The notes beneath the pieces were generated by a model. That model was given only the letters and a program-made list of their open reading frames with translations, was not told where the DNA came from and ran no database searches. A stretch of 64,000 bases of DNA from NCBI RefSeq assembly GCF_009914755.1, contig NC_060925.1. One strand, written 5' to 3'. The position numbers were made by a program, and so were the translations under genes. This DNA comes from the human T2T-CHM13v2.0 reference genome, Homo sapiens. Shown piece by piece: positions 44,746-55,974 of the stretch (positions are counted from its first letter, which is position 1; each line of letters opens with the position of its first letter).

Positions 44746-45984
44746 GGAGGATTCCTCTGACCATGTAAAAACAGACTTTGTCATGAGGAAGCAGACTTGA
44801 GAGACACAAAGTGTCTCCCAAGCAGGGACAGCAGGACTCTCCAGGAAAGGATTCATGGAACTTGATCCAAGCAAGAAGGAAGAGGAAGAATGAAACCTTC
44901 TCCCAAGCCACACCTGGACAAGGGTTTTCTTTCAGTTGCTTAACGGAGAAACATTGGAGATGTATGTAGAAACTTCATTATCTCATTCATTAATTAATTC
45001 ATTCACTCATCTGTTCATGCATCATGTATTTATTGGATACCTCTATATGCCTCATACTTTCCTATGTGCTGGGACCAGAAATGGACAAGATAGACAAAGC
45101 CTGTTTGTTCCATATGGGATATGTGGTCCCTTTATTCCCCATTGCAGTGGAAGAGAAGAATGGAGTTGTCACATCTACTCGTAACTGCCTCAGGCCAGAA
45201 ATAATTCATGTTACTTCTGCTCACAGTCCATTGACCATTACTAGTCACATGAGGACAACTTATCTGCAAAGAATGCTGGGAATTATAGGGACATTTGGTG
45301 TCTACTGTTTTGGGGCACAAGTTCCATTGAATATCATTCAAACTGAATCGCCCTTATGGGAAATTGTCTAATTGTCTACAATTTTCCTCTCACAGATTGA
45401 CTTCATCTTTCTCAAAAAATTCTTCAAACAAGTTCATAAAGTCATAAGTCAAGAAGCCACTGCAGGTAACACTACATACAGATATATGGATGGGGGAAGG
45501 ACCACATGATACAGTCAAGATTTTCTCAGCAAGAGTCAAATCAGAAAAACAACTCCTTGGAGATTTTTGCCTCACATGGTTTAACTTTTCCTCTGGGTGA
45601 CAGATAACTTGAACACCACCTTCTCCTGGATGTGACAGGAAGGGAAAGGAGAAACAAGATTGGGGTAAAGGCCAGAGTCTCCAAATAGAGCCTCATTAAT
45701 GGGAAAGAGCGGGTGTTAGCTCTGAGTGAAGTGTTGGATGACAGTGACTGAGTGGCCAGGCTTGGAGCCTGCATTAAATGTGACAGCAAGCAAACCAGAA
45801 GACACGGCCAATCCATCACATCGCCTTACCTGAGGGGTGTTTACGTCTCTGGGTTACCAGGATCAACTTCCCAGGAGGCTTCAAGAGCCAGGAAATCAAA
45901 GGTCACAGAGTCATGGGCCTGGAAAAGACCCCAGAGCAGTTTCCATAATTTAACACTGGCGCGTGCTCCTGCAAAGCTCCCTTT

Positions 45985-46053
45985 GATTGCATTACTGCAC
46001 TTCAGCCTGGGTGCAGTGAGACGGAGACCCTGTCTCAAAAGGAAAAAGAAAAA
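45985..46053 (+). mobile_element. Alu 3' terminal fragment with A-rich tail
   Basis: gattgcattactgcacttcagcctggg...gagaccctgtctcaaaaggaaaaagaaaa. Confidence 0.7.
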
Positions 46054-46099
46054 TCCAAGTGGGGAGTAAAATGGGTTGTACTGAAAAACACAGGCTCTG

Positions 46100-46205
46100 G
46101 AATAGTTAAACCAATCTTGACAAGGAAAAAAATGGGAGGAATCACTCTATCTGATGTGAAGGCCTACTGCGCAGCTACATTAGTCAAGATACTGTGGTAT
46201 TGGTG
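46100..46205 (+). mobile_element. Short L1 ORF2 fragment
   Basis: ggaggaatcactctatctga...tcaagatactgtggtattgg, homologous to L1 at about 43960-44056. Confidence 0.7.
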
Positions 46206-46635
46206 GGTACCCTCCAAAAAGATACGTTGAAGCTCTAATCCCTGGGATTTGTGAATGTGACCTTATTTGGAAATTGGGTCTTTGCAGATATAATCAAGTT
46301 TAGACAAGGTTACTAGTGTGGGCCCTAATCCAATAAGGCAGGTGTCCTTGTAACAAAAGGGAAATTTTGACAAAGGGACACACAGGGAGAATGCCGTGTG
46401 AAGAAGGAAGCAGAAAGAGGAATGATGCATCTGCAAAGCTGAGGAACGCCCAGGAGAGCCAGAAGCTGGAAGAGGCAAGAAAGGATCCTCCCCTGGAGGA
46501 TTCGGAGGGAGCATGGCCCTACCAATGCCTTGGTTTTGGACTTCTGACCTCCAGAACTGTGAGACAATGCATTGCTTGGTTTTAAGCCACTCAGTTTGTG
46601 GTACGTTGCTACCTCAGCCCTTGGAAACTATTACA
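46206..46635 (+). mobile_element. MLT1B/C-like MaLR solo LTR
   Basis: gtgaatgtgaccttatttggaaa...tttgcagat...cctccagaactgtgagacaat...ggaaactattaca. Confidence 0.85.
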
Positions 46636-47149
46636 GGGGTTTTTGTCCCCAGTCGTTAGAAGGGTAAACTGAGCCCCAGATGGGAAATGTCTGCCCAAGT
46701 CTACGCAGCCGTAAGTGGAGGAGCGGGCTGAGTTACCAGGCCTCTGGCTTCCAGGTGGCCACCATCCCTCTCAGAGTGAATCAGTAGAACTGTGGGCTCC
46801 TCCAAGACCCCGGAGGAGAAATGATCCCTGCCAGAGCTTTCTTCACCGTGAGGAAGGGACCTGTTTTCCCCTTCCAGATGTAAAGAGGAATTTTAGGCCA
46901 GTTTTGAGGCTGACACCTCGTTGGCTCCTGAAGGCAGTTGGGCGAATTCAAGGCTGAGAGAGGTGGAGGCCCCTCCACGGTCCTCACCAGGACCATGCTC
47001 AGGGACCTCAGCTCTCCTGCCAAATGTGTCTCATGTTGGGCCCCTTCATCTTCCCCATATCCACTGCCCCATTTAGGCCATTATCCCCTGCCTTCTGGAC
47101 AGGCGTCAGAGCCTCCGCACCGGCCACCCACCAACCCCTCCTTCAGCAG

Positions 47150-47500
47150 GCACTTGCCAAGCACCTACTGTGTACCAGGGCCCATGCCTGGTGCTGAGGC
47201 CAGGGTGGACAGCACAGAAGTTACTGCTGTGGATTTCACTTCATTTACTGTGAAATGAGACACAGCAAATGAACCCATGACACAAGACAACACATTCCAG
47301 GCAGAAGGTGAGGGGAACTCAGAGCTGGGATATCTGTAGTTGGAAAGTCCTGGGCATGGTCACGAAACACCCAGAAGCTTGGTCAGGCTGCAGCAGGATG
47401 AGGAGGGCGTAGGAGGTCCGAGAGATGGTGGACAGATCAGGTAAAGGCCTTGGAGGCCTCAGGAGGGCCCTTAGATTCCATGTGGGTGTGAGGGTGAGAA
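47150..47500 (-). mobile_element. L2 fragment
   Basis: agcacctactgtgtaccaggg...attccaggcagaagg. Confidence 0.5.
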
Positions 47501-47508
47501 GAAAGCAA

Positions 47509-47947
47509 GGTGACCTGAGGGTTGAGGAGGAGTGAGGTGACCTGAGGATGGAGGGGGAGTGAGGTGACCCTGGGGTTGAGGGGGAGTGAGGTGACATGGG
47601 GATTGAAGGAGACTGAGGTGACCTGGGGATGGAGGGGGAGTGAGGTGACCTGGGGGTGGAGGGGCGTGAGGTGACCTGGGGATTGAAGGAGAGTGAAGTG
47701 ACCTGGGGATTGAAGGAGAGTGAGGTGACCTAGGGGTGGAGGGGGAGTGAGGTGACCTGGGGGTGGAGGGGGAGTGAGGTGACCTGGGGTTGGAGGGGGC
47801 TGAGGTGACCTGGGGATTGAAGGAGAGTGAGGTGACCTGGGGGTGGAGGGGGAGTGAGGTGACCTGGGGGTTGGGGGTAGTGAGGTGGCCTGAGAATTGA
47901 GTGGAGAGTGAGTTAATCTGAGGGTGGTGGGAGAGTGAGGTGACCTG
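47509..47947 (+). repeat. G-rich minisatellite, 26/27-bp unit, about 16 copies
   Basis: Two variants, ggtgacctggggattgaaggagagtga and ggtgacctgggggtggagggggagtga; the ggtgacct position recurs 17 times (a few degenerate). Confidence 0.97.
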
Positions 47948-48964
47948 TAGCTTTGTCTTGGGAGTAAGGAGTCCTAAAGTTTGAGGTGTAAAGGACAGGA
48001 CAGCTATTGGGACCACCTCTCAAGACCCCATTACAGGTTCTCACAGTTGCACCCAAGAGGTGTATTCGCTGTTCCTGACCACATTTTCTATCCTCCTGTC
48101 TTCAGAACGCCCTCCCTATGTGTCAGGGTTGGTGACTTTCTTCCTATGGGGACCTTCTTGGGTTGTCTTCCCTCTCCCACGCGCCACCTTTTGCAGTGGG
48201 CCCCACAGTCATTCTGAGCATCTCTGTGCATCGCAGCCACAGGTTGGAGTTTGGAATTCGAACTTTAACAGGTAAACTTTAACAGGTGCTCATGATAGAG
48301 CTCGCTTTTGTGCCTGGACATGAGGAGAAATCGGGTCTGCAGAGAGAGATGGGGGTGGGAGGGGGAAGTGGGAGAGTCAAGGAAAGAGAGAGGAATCCTG
48401 ATGTGAGAGGACCCCAGTGCTGCTCACACCATAGCCTTCTCTGTTCTGGGCTCCACTTGCAGTCCTGCCTTTGGATTTGGTGAGGCCACCCGGGTCCGGA
48501 GTCCCACTCTGGTATAGGTTAGCTGGAGTGGATCTCTAAGGCCTGGCACAAAGGGAACTCCACTGACCGTGACTTCCCACCCCATCTTTCAGGTCCCATC
48601 GCAGCTGCTGCAGCCTCCTGGGGCCCACCTCGACCTTTCACCCATTGGGCCTCTCCAGCCACCTCTGAACTCAACACCTCGAACCTTTCCTACCATCCTG
48701 GTGTGAAATCATGGTTATTTGTCCACGTATCTCCTCATTCCCAGCAGATTGTGTCCTCCCGAGGGTAATGAATTCTGCTTGCTCATTTCTGCATCAAACC
48801 CCAGCCCCTTGCAGTACAGCAGGCCCTCAGTGAGGGTTCAGTGCACCCACAGTTAATCCTAATTAACTGAGCACTGGACCCTGCCAGGCATTTGCATTCC
48901 ACTCCCTTGTTGTCTCTTGATCCTCTTCAGCACTCTATTGTTGGAACACTCACTCTCAAGTCCA

Positions 48965-49160
48965 AGGCCCCAGGTTCAAATCTCAGGCCAGCCACTGACA
49001 AGCTTGAGAAAGGTATCAAACCTCTCTGGCCTCAGTTTCCTGATCCATAAAATGGAGGCAATAATACTGCCTACCTGATCACATTGTTGGAGGATTAGAT
49101 GGATTACATAGACCAAGGGTATTAGCACCATACCTGGAGCGCTATGATGATCATATAAAT
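48965..49160. mobile_element. MIR SINE
   Basis: ggttcaaatctcagg...aacctctctggcctcagtttcctgatccataaaatgg. Confidence 0.8.
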
Positions 49161-49169
49161 GCAACCTCC

Positions 49170-49610
49170 ACTTGCTCCCTCTTCCACTGGTAACAGCTCC
49201 TCTCGTTTTTATGAGGACCCACTACCATCCTTTCCCAGAACAACTGTTATTTCAGTGTTATTGGTCCCACCCTCAGTTTCAAGAGTGGGCATATAACCTG
49301 GCCTGGCCAGTGAGACTTTATTCTGGGATTCTCATTGGAATTATGGGGCACTCAAAGTGCTCTTCTTCTGCTGAAGCTACTGGGGCCTCCAGGAGGAGAG
49401 GAGCTGCCTGGAAGTAATGTCCAGTCAGAGGAAAACAGAACCAAGAGATAGGATGTGATGGATGCCTGACAACCTCACCTGAGCACTTGAATCCAGCCAT
49501 ACCTGAATTCCCTTGAACTTCTCAGTAACATGATTCTATAAATTTTCTGTTCTGGCTTAAGCCAATTTGAGTTTCTGTCCTTCGTCAGAGAAATGGGCCC
49601 AATTAAAACA
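49170..49610. mobile_element. Old MaLR LTR (MLT1J/K-like)
   Basis: gagcacttgaatccagccatacctgaa...ggcttaagccaatttgagtttctgtc. Confidence 0.55.
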
Positions 49611-50899
49611 ATTATTGTACACATTTCCTCTACACTACCGAGAAATAACTTGCCTGTAGTCACACACCATTCAGTTACTGCCCAGGGATTCAAGCCCAGA
49701 TCCGGCTGCCTCTAATGATAATGGTCTCGGGGAGTGCTTTAGGAGTTGGAGGCCGAGAGAGGTGAAGTGACAGACCCCGTTGAGGGTCAGGGAAAGAGGA
49801 GCTCAAGATGCAATTTGCAGGGTCTGAAACCACTCGCTGTGGCAACCTAATTTGAGGTGGCCCATGTTATAGGCAATCTCCACAATTTCCTGGAATCCTC
49901 CCTGCTCACCTCCTAGAGCCAGTCTGACCATGACAGCTCCATTATCAGGCCTCTCAGGACTGACATATTGCTGCACCCAACTGCTAGAGCAGTCAAAGAG
50001 GCGGGGGGAGAAGCAATTTCCCATCACTTCCTGGGGAACAGCCTGTCAGCTGCCACCAGGGCTGTCTGGTGGGGAGCAGGGGGTCTGTGGGAGGCTAACG
50101 GCTCCACATAAGCCTTGACAAGTATCATTCCCCAGAGCAGCAGGTGAGTCATGAATAGAGCTCCCAGCTGGAGAAGTGGCCTCGTCTCCACCAACTTCCT
50201 CGGAGTTTGGTCTGAAATTTGTTTGAACCAGTGCAAGTGTGGGGAGACCTCTGGGTGCTATGGGATCCTCCTGCTGTAACAGCCAGAATCCACCAACAAA
50301 AGGCCCTTCTAGACCAATCTTTGCTCATGGACTGAGGCTTAAAGGTCAAGAGAAAACAGATGTCTCTCCTTCCACACAGAGTGGAGGGCAGGGATCAAGT
50401 CCAGCTCATTGTCAGGTCCCATGGCCAAGTGCAGTACTGGCACATTGTAGGGGTCTATTATTTTATATATATATTTAATCAATGAGGCCCTTAGAAATCA
50501 TGGCCTCATTTTATGGTTAGGAAAAGTGAGTTTTACTGAAAATGTGTTGCTCTTTTGCAGTCTGATCTTGGAGTAGCCACCAGTGAGTTGGTTCAATCTG
50601 AGGTTCCCTGAGGCTTCTTTCAACCCTGAATTGCTTTGATGATCACCTGCCCAAGACACATGGCTGAGGATGGGCAGAGTCAGGAGAGAAATCTGAGTCT
50701 TCTGACCACAGACTGCCTGTTTGCCCTCCCACGCCAAGCAGCGCCTGGTCACTCACTGCCTTCACAGAGCTTATAATTTACCCAAGAATTGTGCACACAC
50801 AGTGTGATAGCCAGGACTTTTAGACTGCAAGTGACAGAAACATGATGTAAGCCAGGTAAGAAATGCATTGTCTCTTATAACCAATCCTGGGAAGGGCTG

Positions 50900-51254
50900 T
50901 GTATTAGTCTGTCCTCACACTGCTGATAAAGACATACCTGAGACTGAGTAATTTACAAAGAAAAAGAGGTTTAATGGACTCACAGTTCCACATGGCTGGG
51001 GAGGCCTCACAATCATGGGGGAAGACAAAGGAGGAGAAAGGCGTGTCTTACATGGTGGCAGGCAAAAGGGCTTGTGCAGGGGAACTCCCATTTATAAAAC
51101 CACCAGATCTCATGAGACTTAATCACTACCACAAGAACAGTATTGGGGAAACCATCACATGATTGAATTATCTCCACCTGGCCCTGCCCTTGACATGTGG
51201 GGATTATTACAATTCAAGGTGAGATTTGGGTGGGGACATAGCCAAGCCATATCA
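50900..51254 (-). mobile_element. THE1 (B/C-like) solo LTR with 5-bp TSD GGCTG
   Basis: tgtattagtctg...gccaagccatatca termini; GGCTG at 50895-50899 and 51255-51259. Confidence 0.95.
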
Positions 51255-51269
51255 GGCTGGAACACTGGG

Positions 51270-51291
51270 TCTCTCTCTCTCTCTCTGTCTC

Positions 51292-51337
<46 letters not shown>

Positions 51338-51370
51338 CCCCTCCTTCCCTCCATCCCTTCCTCCCTCCCT
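51270..51370 (+). repeat. (CT)n / polypyrimidine tract
   Basis: Directly visible. Confidence 0.95.
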
Positions 51371-52226
51371 CAAGTTTGCTTGCTTCCTCCTTCAGAAACA
51401 AATTGCCTCCTTAGTGTCCACTGCCTCCTCCTCTACCACAAATGGCATCTTCCACAGCTCAAGCTGAGAGCCACAGGTCATGAGCCATGGGTCATACCTC
51501 AGGGTCCTCCTTCCTGGAGTCACATCAGAGAGGTGGGAGCTGCCCACCCTGGGTTCTGATGTGGAAGCTCCCAGGGAAGGTCTCTCATGACCCTGTCCTG
51601 GAGGGTGAATGGCAGCTACCGCTAGGATCACATAGATGGAGTTTGGGGGGTCAGGAGAGGGGTTGGCATTGCCTCAAACAAGTGGCTTTTCCCAGAACTG
51701 ATGGACTGCCTGGACGGACAGAGCAATAGGCATCCTCTGTGTTGGGGGAGACAATTGAAGAGTGGCCCTTGGCGATGCAATCTGAATGTGTGATGCAGCC
51801 CGTGGATTTGGAAGGAGGAGAGACATCTGGAGTCGTCCTCACTCCTTTGTTCCCTCCCAGGAGTCCCATTTAATTCATCCTGTGAATCTCTTTCTGCCTC
51901 TGCCCTGGCTGGCCCCTGTGTAAGGGCAGGATAAGGTCTCTCCATGAAGGGGACCACAGTCCAGAGGGCAAAAGACCTGTCAGTCAATGGTGGGACAAGG
52001 TGACCCATGGGTCATGAAGGTCCATTAGAGACCTGCAGAGTGTAGCAGGGGGAGAGGTGGGGTGCTCCGAGGAGCTGATGCTCTAGCGAATCCTGGGGAT
52101 GCTGCCTGGAGGAGGAGGTTCTGAGGGGCACCCCTGAAGGAAGGGGATATTTGTGAATCAGAGAGAAGCAAGAAAAGCAAAAACATTCTAGGGGTGAGTG
52201 TGGCTGTATGTGCACATATGATTGCA

Positions 52227-52230
<4 letters not shown>

Positions 52231-52270
<40 letters not shown>
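52231..52270 (+). repeat. (GT)20 microsatellite
   Basis: Directly visible, perfect. Confidence 0.98.
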
Positions 52271-52272
<2 letters not shown>

Positions 52273-52882
52273 CAGGAACTGGTACTGTTGACCTTGTGGA
52301 GACAGAAATGAGACTGGGTGATTTCCAGGGACCCATTAGGTTCTCATGACAATCCTGAGAGGGAGGCGCAACTAGATCCACTGTACAGATGAGGGAACCG
52401 AGGCCCAGAGAGGTGGGGCCATCTGCCCAAAGTCACACAGTGGCAGAGCAGGATCTCACCCAGGTCTATCCAGCTCTTTCCAGTCCCTACACTGCCCACC
52501 CTCACCCCAGCTGGTCCAGGGAAGTCTGGTGCCCGCTCTGCAGAGAGGCCTGGAGTAGGCAGCTACTGTATGGGGCTGGAGGCTCTGCAGATAGGGACCT
52601 CTCCCAGGGGCCTCAGTTGAACTGTCGTAAAGGGCCAAGGAAGATGACCTAAGGACCAGCTCCCAGCAGAGAAGCACAAGGCTGGAGTTAGTACAGCATG
52701 CCCGCATGTAAGCCCTGATCGCAGACTCTACCCTGGAGAGGTATAAGGCACCACTGATGATCAAGTCCCAAGGTCAGCAGGCAGCCTGTGGGGAATCCCC
52801 ATGCAGTCACCATGGGCCATCAGTGCGGAGATGGGAGCGGGTGAATGGAGGAGCTGGAGTCTGTGCTGAGGTCTGGACGAGA

Positions 52883-53013
52883 CAGGGCAACCGTAAGTCC
52901 CACTTGGCCTGAGACAGTCCCAGTTTCTGCCTGTAGCCTCAGTGTAGTTAACAGCAGTGTCGCCTTGCACTCTCAGATGTCCTGGTTTGGACAGTAATTA
53001 TAGGGTCATCCTA
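52883..53013 (-). mobile_element. MER94-like hAT-Blackjack MITE
   Basis: Termini cagggcaacc...ggtcatccta; interior gtcctggtttggacagtaattat matches recalled MER94 antisense. Confidence 0.75.
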
Positions 53014-55569
53014 AGGTGAGGATATTCTCTAAAGAAGAGGGGAACTAACACTGACTGCATTCCTACCAATGCCCAGGGGCCTTGACACAATTTCCCTCAT
53101 TTAAGCCTCACAACAACCCTAAATCCTAGATGCCTCTTCCTGCACATCCAAGGTCAGAGGGCAGGGAATAGACATTCAAAGAAAGATCTGTGGCTTTGTC
53201 CAAGTCCACCTTTCAGGTGCTAACATGTGCAGCGGGATGAAAGAGAACTCTCCACAGTGCCTGGGGCCAGCTCCAGCAGGAGGAGCCGGCAGGAGAGAAA
53301 TCTTTAGAGTGTTCTCTTTAGCTTACCAGCCAGATAGGGAAAGAATTTTATCATGTATGGGGAAAAAATAACAAGTCATAATCATAATCATCCACTTTCA
53401 ACAGTGTTTTATAATACTAAAGGGTAGAAACTCAAAATAGATGGCCCTTTGTTCAGCCAGACAGAGGAAAGGCCTGGATCTGCAAGCTCAGGCCCTGAGC
53501 TTAGTGTGGAGAGACAGCAGCCCAAGGAAACAGGGGGATAAAATTGAGCAGCATCAAGAAACCACAGGGAGGAGAATCCGACAATCTGAAGCCCCAGGGA
53601 ACTGCAGACTCTAGGGAGACCTCCGGCCACCCCACAGCACACAGGGCAGGGGCTCAGGCTGGTTTAAATGCTGTTAAAGGTAAGGAGTTTGGAGGACTTG
53701 GGGGCCCTCGCTGGTGACACTGGGGCCTGGGTGCCTGGTGAATCTGCAAGAGGGGGCTCAGCCTGCGATGTTAAGGTGGCAGGTGGGATTTTACTCCCAG
53801 CTCCTTCCCCACTCCCCCTGTCATGTGACCTTGCAGAGCACCGGGTGGAGCAAAACGCATTTCCCTGTCCCTCTGATGTTGGGTGCTGTGACGTGTCTCT
53901 TGCTGACCCATGGGACACAAGCAACAGCTCCCAGTTGTCCGCTGGGGCCTGAGGAGGCTTCCCCTGCTTCCCCATGTGCCCCCTTTACATTTTGGCTGGG
54001 AGAGATCATGAGAAGAACATGGAGCCGCTGGCTCAGAACAGGCCTAAGGAGCAGCCCCAGAACCCACGGAAGCCTGAAGCAGAGCCCCCCACCCTAGGCC
54101 ATGGGCCATGGACTCATGAGACAGAAAGAGAAGCGTTTGCTTCTAAAAGCCCCGAGACATTCAGCTTGTTACAGAGAACAAGTCAAAAAGAAAGATGAAA
54201 ATCTAATACAGTCACCCAAGCAGATTTCAGCATGGAATCCTTTTTTGGGAAGCACCTGTCAGCATCTTTTAGAACGCAGCATCCCTCAGAGCCTGCTGCT
54301 CTGGGCAGCACAGATTATCCTCCTTCCCAGCCTGCAAAAAATAAAGGGACCACATTGGCAACAGGGGAGAGACCTCTGCCCACCCAGATGCTGCAGATCC
54401 TCATCTCTTGCTCCACCTCCCTAGTTACTCCAAGCACACATAGTGGGCACCCACATGCTCAGGTGTCATCCTCAGCCATCCTCTCTGCCCTCTTTGTGGA
54501 CTGCCCACCCCAACAGGCCATCAGTAGGGCCTCCTGCCTCTGCCACCGGTGCTGGTGTCCTGGATCCTGCACCTCTGCTGAGGGCTGGGCATGTAATTTC
54601 TGCACTGTGCTCATCCTAAAACCCTAGAAGGCCCAGGCTATGCTGGATCCGTGGCCTGCTCTGGGGAGAATGTCCCACCTCTTGACCCTGGGTTATACCT
54701 GGCCCCCTAAGCAGCACTGCCTGAGTCCTGAGCCTCACACAGAGCCTCCTGAATATGGCAATGCTTCGGGCCTGCACACTTCTCCCCTGGAAACTGGAAA
54801 CCCCGCCCTGAGGTAGGGGATGGAAGGAGCCTGGTGCATGCGTCTCCTTCCTCAGAATCATTTTTGTTTTTATCCCCAGGTGCCTGTTTTCTAAAATAAA
54901 GCCCTCTCTTCTCCTGTAACCCATTGCATTTAACTCACGCCAATAGACACTTATGGGAGGAATGACACCTTATGCTGCATACCACAAGAACCTAAGCCCT
55001 AGTTCCTAGTCATTCGAAATACCTCTGCCTGTTCTACAGATGGAGAAACAGGCTCAGGGAGATGGCCCAAGTTGCCCAAGTTTGCACAGCAGCTAAGGGG
55101 TAGGGATGGGGCGAGCAACTGTCCTTACGCTTCCAAAGATCTGTTTCCACCAATGCCACTTAACCTCTCCTGGGGAAGAACCCTTGAAGACTTGTGTTTA
55201 CCTTTAAAGTTCATGTGACATTTGCAATCTACTCCATCATGTCTCTGTCTTGATTCTAATCCAAAAACATATTTTATATCCCTTGCCACCTGAGACCAAA
55301 AGAAGGAAAAAAAAACTGCTTATTCTGTAGCTTCATGTCCTCTCTGGTCCCGACCCCCAGCAGGGAGCCAGCCCCAGGTTGATGGTCCCAGAGGTACACA
55401 CCACACTGTCTGTGGATCAGGGGAGAATGTGCCCGGAGCAGAGTAAGGCCAACTGACGTGCTGCTAGAGGCCCAGGAGAATCAGGCTTAAGGGGAAGAGG
55501 GAGTATCTGGGATGTCATCTGCTGACAACAGGTGCAAAGAATGGGAAATTATCCTGGACTCTGACGTCT

Positions 55570-55974
55570 TGCTGTTGTTTGAATGTGTCCCCCAAAGTTC
55601 ATGTGTTGAAAACTTGACCCCTAATGCAGCAGTGTTGGGAGGTGGGGTTGAATAGAAAGAATAGAATAGATGAGGTCATGAGGTCTCACCCTCACAAATG
55701 TATTATTGTCATTATCTTGGGAGTGGGCTAGTTATTGCCAGAGTGGGCTTGTTAGAAAAGTGAGTTCAGCCCCCACTTGCCCTCTTGCTCTTATACCCTC
55801 TTGCCCTTCCTCCCTCCACCATGGGATGACACAGCACAAAGTCCCTCACCAGATGCTAGCACCTTGATATTGGACTTCCCAGCCTCCAGAACTGTGAGGA
55901 ATAAATTTCTTTTCTTTAAAAATTACCCAGTATTAACAGTATTTTGTTATAGCAACACGGAATAGACTAAGACA
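55570..55974 (+). mobile_element. MST-type MaLR solo LTR
   Basis: tgctgttgtttgaatgtgtcccccaaagttcatgtgttg...cctccagaactgtgaggaataaattt...gactaagaca. Confidence 0.88.

Noticed and set aside
50992-51004. THE1 PRDM9 hotspot motif
   Set aside because: Minus strand reads CCTCCCCAGCCAT, the ordinary THE1 form rather than CCTCCCTNNCCAC
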